Shown: piece after piece, positions 40,800 to 51,544 of the stretch
How the letters are laid out: the number at the start of each line of letters is the position of its first letter
Position numbering within the stretch: position 1 is the stretch's first letter
DNA from: Patescibacteria group bacterium
Lineage (GTDB): Bacteria > Patescibacteriota > Patescibacteriia > GWA2-46-9
Assembly (NCBI GenBank): GCA_041660005.1
Contig: JBAZXG010000002.1
Location: 24,356 to 88,355, forward strand
DNA: 64,000 nucleotides
Reading direction: 5' to 3'
Translations under genes and position numbers: made by a program
Notes under the pieces: generated by a model
Database searches by the model: none
The model's input: only the letters and a program-made list of their open reading frames with translations
What the model was told of the DNA's origin: nothing

Positions 40800-41210
40800 C
40801 TAATTACTTTTCTCAAAAAAAATTAACACCTCTATTATCCACTCACCTCGCAGCTTACCCTTCATGCTTTGAATTTCTTCGGAGGTAAACCACTGAACAT
40901 CCAATAACTGATCTTCTGGAATATGTAAATCTCCACCGACTATTTTTGCCTCAAAAATATGCTTTGGTGGATCTGTCGCCAGGTTCTGAAAAATATCAAT
41001 TTTTCTAACTAGGGCAACATCAAAGCCCGTTTCCTCCTTCGCTTCTTTGATTGCTGTTTCCTCTATGGTATCTCCGGCGTCAACTCGACCAGCAGGAAAA
41101 TTCCAAAGCCCATATACTTTGGGCTTTTTTTCCTGTACCAACAAGTACTTACCATCCTGTTTAACAACAACGCCCGCAACGACTGATACTTTTTGAATTT
41201 CTTTTTCCAT
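40800..41210 (-). CDS. NUDIX hydrolase
   Basis: Nudix box GRVDAGDTIEETAIKEAKEETG. Confidence 0.75.
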   Translation of the reverse strand: MEKEIQKVSVVAGVVVKQDGKYLLVQEKKPKVYGLWNFPAGRVDAGDTIEETAIKEAKEETGFDVALVRKIDIFQNLATDPPKHIFEAKIVGGDLHIPEDQLLDVQWFTSEEIQSMKGKLRGEWIIEVLIFFEKSN

Positions 41211-41220
41211 AATTTACTTC

Positions 41221-41778
41221 CTATAACTCGCTTACCACCTTCACGACGTCCTCAACCGGTTTACGAATACGCGGACGTTTTTCTTTCTCTTGCACAACTG
41301 GGTCTAAACTTTCTAGTGTGCCTTCGTAGCCAATAGCAACTACGACCACCGGAGCTTCCTCAGGAGACATTCCTAACACGCGGTGTAATACTTCTTCTTT
41401 AAAACCGGCCATTTGATGAGCGCGCAACCCCTGATGCTCGGCTTCAACAACGAGACTCATCACGGACAAAGCGACATCATAGGCGCCATACTCTCTTGAT
41501 TCCGATTTATGGTCGAGCGAAGTGTCGCGCGTCACCGCAAGTATGAGCGGCGCCTTGAGTGCCCACTGGTTTCCAGTATTTAGTGCTTCAGAAAGTTTTT
41601 CCCGTGCGCTGCCAACAACAGCATAATAATGCCAGTCTTGTTTGTTGGAAAAACTTGGCGCCCACTGCGCGGCAGCCCAAAGCGCATCGAGTTTCTCTGG
41701 CTCAATTTTTTGCTCCAAAAATGCACGAACGGATTTGCGCTGATTTAGTTCTTTTAAAATGGGCTTATCGGTGTTCAT
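41221..41778 (-). CDS. nitroreductase family protein
   Basis: 185 aa; RKSVRAF N-terminal motif and fold-typical spacing. Confidence 0.7.
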   Translation of the reverse strand: MNTDKPILKELNQRKSVRAFLEQKIEPEKLDALWAAAQWAPSFSNKQDWHYYAVVGSAREKLSEALNTGNQWALKAPLILAVTRDTSLDHKSESREYGAYDVALSVMSLVVEAEHQGLRAHQMAGFKEEVLHRVLGMSPEEAPVVVVAIGYEGTLESLDPVVQEKEKRPRIRKPVEDVVKVVSEL

Positions 41779-41793
41779 TTGAGGCAGAAATAC

Positions 41794-42084
41794 TTAGTGG
41801 CCGTGTTGCTTTTCTAAGCTTAATAACTTTTCAGTTTTCCTTTTATAAAGATACTGAACGCCATCCTTTTTTTCCAACTCGGTTTGTCCTAAGACTAAAA
41901 CAACTTCGTACAAGCCACTCGCAGTGGCTTGCTCGGCTCTCTTGCACGCATCTTGAAACTGTTCAGGAATAGTATGATGAAACGAATACAGAGATTCCCA
42001 CCCCTCTGATTCTAACTCAGCAATCGTTTTGTCGGTTGTTCGGCAGGGCATGACGTCTAACTGCTTTCTGATTTCGGAGTCCAT
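41794..42084 (-). CDS. hypothetical protein
   Basis: 96 aa ORF. Confidence 0.4.
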   Translation of the reverse strand: MDSEIRKQLDVMPCRTTDKTIAELESEGWESLYSFHHTIPEQFQDACKRAEQATASGLYEVVLVLGQTELEKKDGVQYLYKRKTEKLLSLEKQHGH

Positions 42085-42155
42085 AGTTTTAATGACTAAT
42101 TACAAATTCAATAACGCGATAAATAGCGATTGAGTTGTTTGATATCTACTAAACG

Positions 42156-42221
42156 CTCTCCTCTATAGTATAGGTGTTTCAAACTGTTTTGCCAGATAAT
42201 GATTTATGCACGTGGGTCGGG
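42156..42221. repeat. about 65 bp promoter-bearing direct repeat, copy 1 (copy 2 at 42504..42566; rearranged partial copy at 44196..44240)
   Basis: ctctatagtataggYgtttcaaactgttWtgccagataaYgattta...ggtcgggg about 88% identical. Confidence 0.65.
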
Positions 42222-42527
42222 GCCAGAATTTTTTCGGTAGAGAAAATACTGAATGAGGGTAATACCCCACATGACGATTCCTACTGCAAAAGAAATAAGT
42301 GGAAGATAGGCACCCGTTGCTGTGAAAAAACCAATTTGGGAAGCATAAAACCCTAACGCAATGAATATAGTAAGGAGGGGCTGTCCCGAACGTTTTTCAC
42401 GATAGTTTTTTGTAATTTGTGCGGGTATTCCAACCAATACCAAAGCGAGTGAGAAAATGCTGACCAAAATACTCAAAAGAAAGGTAAGATTCATAGAATA
42501 ATTCTCTCTATAGTATAGGCGTTTCAA
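42204..42527 (-). CDS. small membrane protein (probable true start at 42494, MNLTF...)
   Basis: 3 TM helices; flanked on both sides by the 65 bp direct repeat. Confidence 0.45.
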   Translation of the reverse strand: MKRLYYRENYSMNLTFLLSILVSIFSLALVLVGIPAQITKNYREKRSGQPLLTIFIALGFYASQIGFFTATGAYLPLISFAVGIVMWGITLIQYFLYRKNSGPDPRA

Positions 42528-42566
42528 ACTGTTATGCCAGATAACGATTTAGGTATGTTGGTCGGG
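42504..42566. repeat. 65 bp promoter-bearing direct repeat, copy 2
   Basis: see 42156..42221. Confidence 0.65.
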
Positions 42567-42628
42567 GGTTGGCGATTCAAATTTTAGTTTATTTGACTAC
42601 GCACGACTCAGCATTACGGACATCACTT

Positions 42629-43378
42629 CTAATCTTCGACTTTCTTCGTCGAGAGCACAAATCCACTATCTTCACGAGTTTGATACCCTAGTTTTTCGGT
42701 ACTCGCTACTAATCGGCCGAGGTCTGTAGGATCTTCGGGTACCAACCGAGAGAATATCAGCGAACAAGCATTATCTTTGGCAACGCGCTCGGCGATCAAT
42801 AGTAACTGTTTGCCTGCTCCTTGTCCTTGCAAAGGAGGCGCCACGTATCTATCGGCGATATACAAATACTTTTTTCTTGACCCGTCTTTCAAGACCAAGT
42901 TGAAAATTTTGAGATTTATGAAACAGTGATGATTCTCACTGCCAATATTCACGAGGTGTGCGATGGACTTTTCATAATCAATAGTTGTAGCACTTATGGC
43001 GTTATCTATAGATATAGCATCGGAATAGTTACTAATTTCATTGGCTCTTGCTTGAAGAGCCAGATTCTTACCACTAAGACGTAATCTGTATTCTTCTTGA
43101 ATAAACGGTTTTGTTTTACCGCTATCGCCAATCAATCGCCGATCTCCTAGTCCTCTAAGTGCTTCCTGCAGCAATTGACGATATCTATTTTTTAGTGGAC
43201 CTGGCTCAACCTCTGCTACTTTGGCTTCGAGAAGTTCAATTAATTTTGTTCCTTCACCCTCGTTTAAATTTTCGAGTACCGACCTTTCTGGTCTCTCCGG
43301 ATTTTCTAAATTTTCGTCAAACCATACTTCTGGCGACGACCATTCTCTTTCAAGTCTATTTCTTTCCATTTCAGACAT
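42629..43378 (-). CDS. GNAT family N-acetyltransferase with N-terminal extension of unknown function
   Basis: C-terminal LQGQGAGKQLL (Q/RxxGxG/A acetyl-CoA motif). Confidence 0.55.
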   Translation of the reverse strand: MSEMERNRLEREWSSPEVWFDENLENPERPERSVLENLNEGEGTKLIELLEAKVAEVEPGPLKNRYRQLLQEALRGLGDRRLIGDSGKTKPFIQEEYRLRLSGKNLALQARANEISNYSDAISIDNAISATTIDYEKSIAHLVNIGSENHHCFINLKIFNLVLKDGSRKKYLYIADRYVAPPLQGQGAGKQLLLIAERVAKDNACSLIFSRLVPEDPTDLGRLVASTEKLGYQTREDSGFVLSTKKVED

Positions 43379-43515
43379 ACATCTTGAATGTTTTCCTTTA
43401 AACTATATTTTCATGAGGGCAAATGGGGCGCTCGATAAAAAACATGGAATTCCTTTTAGGAACTAACTGACTTTTCGGTGGTCACGACTACGTCTTGACC
43501 TATTTTATTGATGTC

Positions 43516-43702
43516 GGAGAGGGAGGGATGCTTCGCTTGTGGAACCCGTCGCTACGCTCTTTCAAACCCAGTTGCTTGGCGCGACACTTACTGATCTTTG
43601 ATTTTGCTGTTGATGTCAGTTTGAATAATTCCGCCACGGGAAACTCCCGTTTCCCAGCCTGTCCGCCTTCGGCGGAACCCCTTCCCGGGGTTCGAATCCC
43701 TA
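43516..43702 (-). repeat. family-1 element (copy A) beginning with a 14 nt copy of the tRNA-Ser 3' end (43516..43529); marks the left border of the island
   Basis: ggagagggagggat matches 58195..58208 of tRNA-Ser; body shares cgctctttcaaaccca..gtttgaataattccgccRcgggaaactcccgtttccc..ggttcgaatccct with the Ala and Leu loci; contains a 50 nt insertion in the P1 loop. Confidence 0.7.
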
Positions 43703-43926
43703 CCAACTATTCTAAGTGGTCTGTGCATTACCCTACAAGAGAGGAGGATTCGCCTACAAGTCGCCTCGCCTTCCGGCTTGGCGCTCGCAGGCCGCCCCTC
43801 GCGGTCTTGCTCGCCCAATTGCGTCGCAAGACATCGCTGCGGTCTTCGAATCCCTCACGCGAGCAAAGCAGTTTGCTCGCTCCTCTCCTCGGCGTTTTTA
43901 TCTTTGATATTTTAAGGAAACTCCTC

Positions 43927-44150
43927 GGAGAGGGAGGGATTTCCGCGTTCCTCGTCGCCAGCATAGCGACTCGTCGCTCTGTCCGGGGCAGCGCTGAAAG
44001 CTGCGCCCGCTCACTTTCATCGGCGCTCGCTTCATTCGCTTTGTCTTCCGCCAAAACTCATGGCTCGCTGCTGCCCGTTCGAATCCCTCTCCATCTTACC
44101 AAAAATGAGCTGTGCCGCCCACGCACACGTGGGCACCACAGCTCATTCGG
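43927..44150 (-). repeat. family-2 element (copy B) beginning with a second 14 nt copy of the tRNA-Ser 3' end (43927..43940), followed by a long hairpin
   Basis: body shares ctctgtccggggcagcgctg...catcggcg...ctgctgcccgttcgaatccct with the element next to tRNA-Lys; 11 bp stem hairpin aatgagctgtg/cacagctcatt at about 44103..44149. Confidence 0.7.
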
Positions 44151-44412
44151 TGTGTCGCGGTCTAGAACCGCCCCATCGCTAGTATTGTAAGGGGTTTCAA
44201 GGGGTTTGGCGATTCAGCGTTTTTAACCGTCTCGGTCGGGGTCTGCTTGAGAAGAGCGAAGCTGAATGCCAAAAAATGCCAAATATTTTCACCTGCCATA
44301 TTATATACAAATAGCGTACTCCTGCTCAGGATACGCCTATTACTGTTATTAAATGCGGATTAGCACCCTCCTCTCTCATTGAGCGCACCACAGACTTTTG
44401 GCATTTGACGAA

Positions 44413-44892
44413 TCAGATCACTCGGCACTCCATTAGGTGACGACAGAGCGCTTCTTTGCTCACTAAGTATTTTTTTGCCAAAAATTCAAGATCGGGATTT
44501 CGTGAGAAGTCTCCTCTAATAAACGCGAGCGGTATCAGGAGCTCGGCTCCAAATTGATAGGCTTCCCGTTCTGCATTACTGTCAGGGTTTTGCCCACAGA
44601 CGTGCCCCATAAGGAAGTGTCCAATCTCGTGAGCAATCGTGAGTCGCCGCCGTACCCAGGCCGGCGTTGGGTTGAAGCCAATCGTCGGCTGACCATCGAT
44701 CATGAGAAGTGCACCATCAACGGTTTCAAACTCAACGCGCATGATATCAAGGCCACGCTGTGCCTTGAGGTGATTAATGACCTTCCACAGCGAGACCGGA
44801 ATTTCATTCACCCCGGAATCTTTAAAGAGCTTTCTGGCGAGTTTCCTCGCCCCACCTACATTCGGACCAAGCTGTACGTCATCATTTTCCAC
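44413..44892 (-). CDS. ImmA/IrrE family metallo-endopeptidase
   Basis: HEIGHFLMGH (HEXXH) motif, 159 aa, downstream of and overlapping XRE gene. Confidence 0.75.
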   Translation of the reverse strand: MENDDVQLGPNVGGARKLARKLFKDSGVNEIPVSLWKVINHLKAQRGLDIMRVEFETVDGALLMIDGQPTIGFNPTPAWVRRRLTIAHEIGHFLMGHVCGQNPDSNAEREAYQFGAELLIPLAFIRGDFSRNPDLEFLAKKYLVSKEALCRHLMECRVI

Positions 44893-45211
44893 GGCGTTTT
44901 TTAGCTAGCTCGATGAAGCGTAGGAGAGCTTCCTTGTCTTTGGCCGTCAGGTCCTTATCAGCCCTGAGAGCAACTTTGATATCCACGGGGCGACTCTCTT
45001 GCCCAAGGAAGTAGGCAATGTCTCGATGCAACGCTTTAGCAGCTTTGTGTAGGTCTTCGGATCTGAGTTTGCGTTCTCCCGCCTCAATAAGCGAAATGGC
45101 TGTAGCTGACTCATAGTCCAAGGCCTTTGCTAATTGCGCCTGAGACAGTCCGGCCGCTTCACGCGCGGCCCGCAAACGAGCCCCAATTTGAACATTCACC
45201 TCATCTTTCAT
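44882..45211 (-). CDS. XRE family HTH transcriptional regulator (ImmR-like)
   Basis: LRAAREAAGLSQAQLAKAL HTH. Confidence 0.75.
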   Translation of the reverse strand: MKDEVNVQIGARLRAAREAAGLSQAQLAKALDYESATAISLIEAGERKLRSEDLHKAAKALHRDIAYFLGQESRPVDIKVALRADKDLTAKDKEALLRFIELAKKRRGK

Positions 45212-45328
45212 ATTGATATTCTAAATCAATCAGAATGATTTGACAAGGAATTTGCCACTTTGCTAAACTAGATATATCATTATGTTTATATGGATTAGAC
45301 AGCCCTTACCCTACCTAACAACTCCCTT

Positions 45329-46591
45329 ATGAAAATTGAACATGTCAACGTAGGCGATCTTAAACCCTCAGTCTACAATCCCAGAAAGTGGGATGAGAAA
45401 ATTATCGCGGATATGACCGAGAGCATCAAGCGGTTCGGTCTGTGCGATCCCCTGATTGTGAATGGTGCCCCCGACAGAAAGAATATCGTAATTGGTGGCC
45501 ATCTGCGCCTGAAGGTTGCGACCAGCCTCGGATTCACCGAGGTGCCAGTCGTTTATCTGAACATTCCAGAGATTGAGCGTGAGCAGGAACTCAACCTTCG
45601 TCTCAATAAAAATCTCGGTAATTGGGACGACGAGCTTCTAAAGGCGTTCGACATGAACCTTCTGCTTGATGTCGGATTCACCCCCGACGAACTGAACTTC
45701 CACTTCGATGACGTCCTCGACGTGAGCGACGACGGATTCAACGTCAAGGAGGAACTTGCCAAAATCACAACGCCGGAGAGTAGGCCGGGCGACCTCTACG
45801 AACTTGGACAACATCGACTGCTCTGTGGCGACGCGCTCGATCTCAATAATATCACAAAGCTAATGGGCAACGAGAAAGCGCATATGATCTTCTGCGATCC
45901 GCCGTACAACATCGGTCTTGACTACAGGAATGGCATCGGCACAGCTGGAAAGTACACCACGGACAAGCTCGTAAACGATAATAAAAGCATAAAAGATTAC
46001 GAGCAGTTTATCGAACAATCCTTACAAAACGCCTTGGCCGCAAGTCGTGACGACGTCCATGTCTTCTACTGGTGCGATGAAAAAAATGTCTGGCTTTTGC
46101 AACAACTCTACCAGAAGCACGGCATCACGAACCGGCGGCTGTGCCTCTGGGTGAAAAACAATTTCGATCCTACACCGCAGGTTGCCTTTAACAAGGTTAT
46201 TGAACCATGCGTCTATGGCACCCGCGGCAAACCCGCACTTAACTCTAGCATTAAGAACCTGTCGGAAATCATGAACCAAGATGTGAACTCTATTGGTATG
46301 TACGACGACCTCATGAGCATCGTCCAGCTCTGGCTCGTGAAGCGCGACAACACCGCCGACTATGAGCACCCCACTCAAAAGCCAATCACTCTAAATGAGA
46401 AGCCGATGAAGCGCTGCAGTGCACCTGGAGAAATCGTACTCGACTTCTTCGGCGGAAGCGGATCGACACTCATTGCTGCCGAGCAGTTGAAACGCCGCGC
46501 TTTCCTCGTTGAGCTCGATCCCATATTTTGCGATCTCATTATTCGACGCTATGAACACTTCACCGGCAACCACGCCAAAAGAATCCAATAA
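45329..46591 (+). CDS. ParB-like nuclease domain fused to beta-class DNA methyltransferase (N6-adenine or N4-cytosine)
   Basis: N-terminal ParB/Srx fold (IVIGGHLRLKVA); motif IV DPPYNIG then motif I FFGGSGSTLIAAEQLKRRAFLVE at C-terminus (IV before I = beta class). Confidence 0.8.
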   Translation: MKIEHVNVGDLKPSVYNPRKWDEKIIADMTESIKRFGLCDPLIVNGAPDRKNIVIGGHLRLKVATSLGFTEVPVVYLNIPEIEREQELNLRLNKNLGNWDDELLKAFDMNLLLDVGFTPDELNFHFDDVLDVSDDGFNVKEELAKITTPESRPGDLYELGQHRLLCGDALDLNNITKLMGNEKAHMIFCDPPYNIGLDYRNGIGTAGKYTTDKLVNDNKSIKDYEQFIEQSLQNALAASRDDVHVFYWCDEKNVWLLQQLYQKHGITNRRLCLWVKNNFDPTPQVAFNKVIEPCVYGTRGKPALNSSIKNLSEIMNQDVNSIGMYDDLMSIVQLWLVKRDNTADYEHPTQKPITLNEKPMKRCSAPGEIVLDFFGGSGSTLIAAEQLKRRAFLVELDPIFCDLIIRRYEHFTGNHAKRIQ

Positions 46592-47333
46592 TCCCTCCGA
46601 CGGCCTATGGCGGCTCGGCAGTCACCGCCTTCTTCGCGGAGACGCCACAAAGAAGGCGGATGTGGACAGGCTCATCAACGGCGACAAAGTGACGCTGCTT
46701 TTAACCGATCCTCCGTACGGTGTTGGGTACGTTGAAGGCAAGCAAGAATTCTTGAAAACAATTCACCGAGGAAACAAATCAAAAAAATTTACTGCCATCC
46801 AAGGAGACGGTGTGGGGGATGACTACTACGACTTCTCACGAAAATGGCTGGAAACGGTTCGGCCTCACTTCAAGGACAAAAATGCATTTTATATTTTTAA
46901 CGGAGACGCGAAGCTCAGAGAGTTCCTGAACGCCCTGCACGACACGGGATACACAAAGTCGGCACTCCTCATCTGGCTGAAGAACCATCTCGTCGTCGGC
47001 CGAAAAGATTTTCACCCGCAGCACGAGCTCATCGCCTACGGCTGGTACGGCAGACACGCGTTTTTCGGCAACAAGGATAGGACGACACTCTTCTACCCCA
47101 AACCGAGCAGCAGCAAGCTCCACCCCACCATGAAGCCACCCGCACTTCTGCGACGCCTCATCTATCACAGCACCAAGCCGGGAGATATCGTCCTGGATTT
47201 ATTTGGTGGTTCCGGATCGACTTTGATCGCCTGCGAGCAGCTAGGCAGACGATGCTTCATGATGGAATGCGACACCTCGTACTGCGCCACCATCGTCGAA
47301 CGATGGCAGAAACTCACCAAGGGAAAAGCATAA
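46509..47333 (+). CDS. beta-class DNA methyltransferase (second, stand-alone; start probably internal Met)
   Basis: motif IV LLTDPPYGVGY, motif I LDLFGGSGSTLIACEQLGRRCFMMEC; overlaps upstream MTase in another frame. Confidence 0.8.
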   Translation: MSSIPYFAISLFDAMNTSPATTPKESNNPSDGLWRLGSHRLLRGDATKKADVDRLINGDKVTLLLTDPPYGVGYVEGKQEFLKTIHRGNKSKKFTAIQGDGVGDDYYDFSRKWLETVRPHFKDKNAFYIFNGDAKLREFLNALHDTGYTKSALLIWLKNHLVVGRKDFHPQHELIAYGWYGRHAFFGNKDRTTLFYPKPSSSKLHPTMKPPALLRRLIYHSTKPGDIVLDLFGGSGSTLIACEQLGRRCFMMECDTSYCATIVERWQKLTKGKA

Positions 47334-47749
47334 CCCTGTCCTCATGTATCACGTCTATGGAAAGTACGGAGGCCGAACATTCGAAAACCATATCAGTGTA
47401 CAAGAAACAAGAATTCGAGGCCTACGTGCTGTGGCGATCGATGCCGTCAATCCTGCGTGGCCAGCCGAGGCACGTCATCGAAAAACTTGGCATCGACGAC
47501 GAGATTGCTATGTCGCTCCTCGACATCAAGAACCAGACCGAGTTCGCCAAGCGGTATGGCATCAAGGATCTCGGGACCCTGACAGACTGGAACAAACGAA
47601 TCGATGAGATGGGCGGACTCATGCGCTACATCAACGCCTGGGCCAAGCGCCTGACTCCGAACGTTATCTCAGCCCTGTACCGCGAGGCCACGAAGAGCGG
47701 ACGGGCCGCCGAGGTCAAAGCCTGGATGGAAATTATTGAAGGGATGTAA
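47252..47749 (+). CDS. putative HTH DNA-binding protein (terminase-small-subunit/Nu1-like helix-turn-helix); probable start at 47360
   Basis: EFAKRYGIKDLGTLTDWNKR resembles wHTH of phage small terminase/Nu1; weak. Confidence 0.3.
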   Translation: MLHDGMRHLVLRHHRRTMAETHQGKSITLSSCITSMESTEAEHSKTISVYKKQEFEAYVLWRSMPSILRGQPRHVIEKLGIDDEIAMSLLDIKNQTEFAKRYGIKDLGTLTDWNKRIDEMGGLMRYINAWAKRLTPNVISALYREATKSGRAAEVKAWMEIIEGM

Positions 47750-47754
47750 ACAAT

Positions 47755-47973
47755 ATGGAGATTGAAGAAAAAAATCTACGGAAAACACTCAGCATAGAAG
47801 AAGCGGCGGGCATTTTGTCTGACACGCTCCGCGATGTGGCCGAGCGCAAGACTACAGTGCGGCGGGCGCTGGTAATGTCGCGCCTGGCGTTGGCACTCTC
47901 CAGAGTACTCGAAATTGCCGACCTCAAAGCTCGCGTCGAGTTTTTAGAGCAAATGTTAAAGAAACGACGCTAA
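47755..47973 (+). CDS. small coiled-coil hypothetical protein
   Basis: 72 aa ORF tightly packed between neighbours. Confidence 0.3.
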   Translation: MEIEEKNLRKTLSIEEAAGILSDTLRDVAERKTTVRRALVMSRLALALSRVLEIADLKARVEFLEQMLKKRR

Positions 47974-47974
47974 T

Positions 47975-49816
47975 ATGGCCAACCTCTCCACCGCTCTGCG
48001 GACCGGGAACCTGACCGCACGCGAACGGTTCCTGCTCCTCATCCAAAACGACATCCAGCGCATGAAGACGGGAAAAGATATCCTGACGACGGCCGACAAA
48101 GCCGCGCTCGAGAATTGGCAAGCTAAAAATAACGTCGAAGCGTCTGAGTGGAACCGCCTGAACGAGGGGTGGAAACACACTGGACGCATGGACATTGAAG
48201 TTGAGTTCGCCTACCAGGAAGCGAACGCCGCACATCTCGCCAAGCTGCCAATCATCATTGAGCTCCTCACCTACCGGGCTGATCGAGAGATGAGCCGCTG
48301 TATCAATGTCCTGAAGCGATTGAAAAAAGTAAACCCAAAAGAAGCGAGCGTGATCATCGCCAAGCAGAAAGCCGCCAAACTCAAAGAAGGCATAGACGTC
48401 GAGTACGCGGTTTACCGGTTGGCCTTCGAGCGCCTCACTCCGGCAGAACAACAGCAAATGAAAGAGCTCTACGGCGACGTTGAAACTGACCATCAGTACC
48501 TCGACCAAGAGGAGGTTATCGCCAATCTGTACGGCAACCAAACCGAGCTCACCCCCGAGGCAAAAGATAAGCTCGCCACGCTGGTAGCCGAACGGAGCTA
48601 TAACGCATTTGCCAAAGAACATCAACTCTTCCATTACTTCGCCTGCATCCCGCTTGCTGAGGTGGCCCGATACTTCATCGCGCTAAAAAATATCATCCTG
48701 CCAAGCGAATCATCGCCTGCAGACGGAAAGGAAAAGGACCCATTCGCCGATCTCAATCAGTGCAACGAGTTGGCTGAAGCATTACAAACGTACGCGACGA
48801 CGCACCACACCACGGTCGAGAAGCTGCTCACGGAAGCGTGCCGCGTCTGGCTCGATGACGGCCTTCTTGAAACTTACACGCCGCTCGTCACGAGCAACAA
48901 TGCCGCGCTTTTTGAGCGGTGGCTCGCGGCCAAAATTGAAGCCAAGACGGTTATAACTCAACACGTTAGTGCTGGTGAACTCATGCTGCGCCATCGTACG
49001 GAGGAAGAAACAAGAAAGGAAAAGCTCTTGAGCAAAGACAGCTACGACCGTGAGTTAGCCACGGCACAAGCAGTACTTGAGGAGATCGGACGGGAGGCGA
49101 CAATCAAAGGAGAGCTTGATGAAAAATCAGCCTTCGAGACGTTCGCCGATCAGGTCATTACTGGCGAGAGTCTCTACGCATTCCCGGGCGACTACGAATT
49201 TGTGAAAAGCTTCAAGGAGCGAGCCGACATATACGACCCCAACCTCGGCATTGTCTACGCGGACGATGATCCAAACCACGCAGGCGAGCACTTGGACCAG
49301 GAACTCCTCATCTGCGACATAACCGACAGCGGCGACGCGAGCGTCTTTAGCCGCTACGGCATGGCGATATCGCTACTCGCAAACATCTTCGATAAAAAAA
49401 TGTTTTTTGAGGAGGTTGCCGAGGACGGAAAACTATTCCTTCACTTCAAGGATTCGCAGATTGAGGAGGCGTTCCGGGCAAGACAACAAAACCTCGTCGA
49501 TGGCTACGCCAAACTCCTCGCCTATCAAGCGGTGTTTAGCAAAGTGGCCGCCATCTACGAGGCCGACCTTGCCTACCACGTCACGGAACGGCTGACGGGG
49601 TTACGCGAAAATATTACCCAGCACAACGAGGCAGTTCAGCAAGCGACGAACCTCGGCGAACGGCTGCACCGAAAAGCAAAGTACGACTTCTTCCGGAGAC
49701 GTGACCGGCTATACTTGAAAGAGGATCTTGTTATAAATATCGATACGATCAAGCCTGACCAAGCAACCATGAAAGAGCACGAAGCGAAGTTGAAAAGGAT
49801 TTTTGGGAACTTCTAA
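47975..49816 (+). CDS. large hypothetical alpha-helical protein (island cargo)
   Basis: 613 aa, no P-loop or known motif recognised. Confidence 0.5.
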   Translation: MANLSTALRTGNLTARERFLLLIQNDIQRMKTGKDILTTADKAALENWQAKNNVEASEWNRLNEGWKHTGRMDIEVEFAYQEANAAHLAKLPIIIELLTYRADREMSRCINVLKRLKKVNPKEASVIIAKQKAAKLKEGIDVEYAVYRLAFERLTPAEQQQMKELYGDVETDHQYLDQEEVIANLYGNQTELTPEAKDKLATLVAERSYNAFAKEHQLFHYFACIPLAEVARYFIALKNIILPSESSPADGKEKDPFADLNQCNELAEALQTYATTHHTTVEKLLTEACRVWLDDGLLETYTPLVTSNNAALFERWLAAKIEAKTVITQHVSAGELMLRHRTEEETRKEKLLSKDSYDRELATAQAVLEEIGREATIKGELDEKSAFETFADQVITGESLYAFPGDYEFVKSFKERADIYDPNLGIVYADDDPNHAGEHLDQELLICDITDSGDASVFSRYGMAISLLANIFDKKMFFEEVAEDGKLFLHFKDSQIEEAFRARQQNLVDGYAKLLAYQAVFSKVAAIYEADLAYHVTERLTGLRENITQHNEAVQQATNLGERLHRKAKYDFFRRRDRLYLKEDLVINIDTIKPDQATMKEHEAKLKRIFGNF

Positions 49817-50029
49817 CTCATTAGTCTACCCGGACCACCTCGAGACCGGACCCAAATTGGTCAACGCCGATAAGGTTTTTGAAGCCTATTTATGATTATT
49901 GAAACAACGTACCCTAAGCACCCTGAAATATAATCTCCCAAACATTAATACCCACATAAGGTGTACGGAGAAAATAGACCACAGAAACGAAGTGTATTCC
50001 GTCCTCCACTTTCCATATTTCAGAACTTT

Positions 50030-51116
<1,087 letters not shown>

Positions 51117-51122
<6 letters not shown>

Positions 51123-51485
51123 ACATCCCCTATAACTAAAGTGCAGCAAGAAATACCGATTGTGCAAAAACTCTACGATCTCTACAAAACCTTCTACGGC
51201 TTCGCCGTGCTTTTTCCGAAGAAAGATAAGTACACACTCGGCGCAAAGTGTGAACAGTACATAATCAACACACTGGAATTGATACTGGCAGCAAGTGCAG
51301 TTACTCCGGCAGAGAAGCTTGGTCTACTACGTCAAGCAAACGTAAAGTTCGATACGCTTAAGGTATTTCTTCGATTATCCCGTGAGATTGGAGCAATCGA
51401 CGCGAAAAAATATCTTGTCCTCCAGAGAGAAATTCAAGAAATTGGTCGCATGCTTGGCGGCTGGCAACGGTCGCTCAGTGCATAA
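51117..51485 (+). CDS. avd: DGR accessory variability determinant Avd (four-helix-bundle protein)
   Basis: 122 aa; KLYDLYKTFYGFAVLFPKKDKYTLG...EIGRMLGGWQRS resembles Bordetella phage bAvd (..EVGRILGSWIAR) and the four-helix-bundle family; start ATG overlaps RT start in palindrome ATGCAT. Confidence 0.75.
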
Positions 51486-51544
51486 TCAACATCGGGGACC
51501 TGTAAGAACAGAATCCCCGAGCCAACTGCTATCGTAGACACAAT

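Noticed and set aside
43495-44190. 231 aa plus-strand ORF and several minus-strand ORFs over the tRNA-like repeat region
   Set aside because: They span the tRNA 3' end copies, T-arm-like motifs and hairpin terminators. Composition is low-complexity (Ser/Arg/Leu-rich), and the region is better explained as structured non-coding repeat elements.
47975-49816. 613 aa island protein considered as phage large terminase or portal
   Set aside because: No Walker A/B or terminase nuclease motifs, no portal-like features. No capsid or tail genes nearby. Kept as hypothetical cargo.
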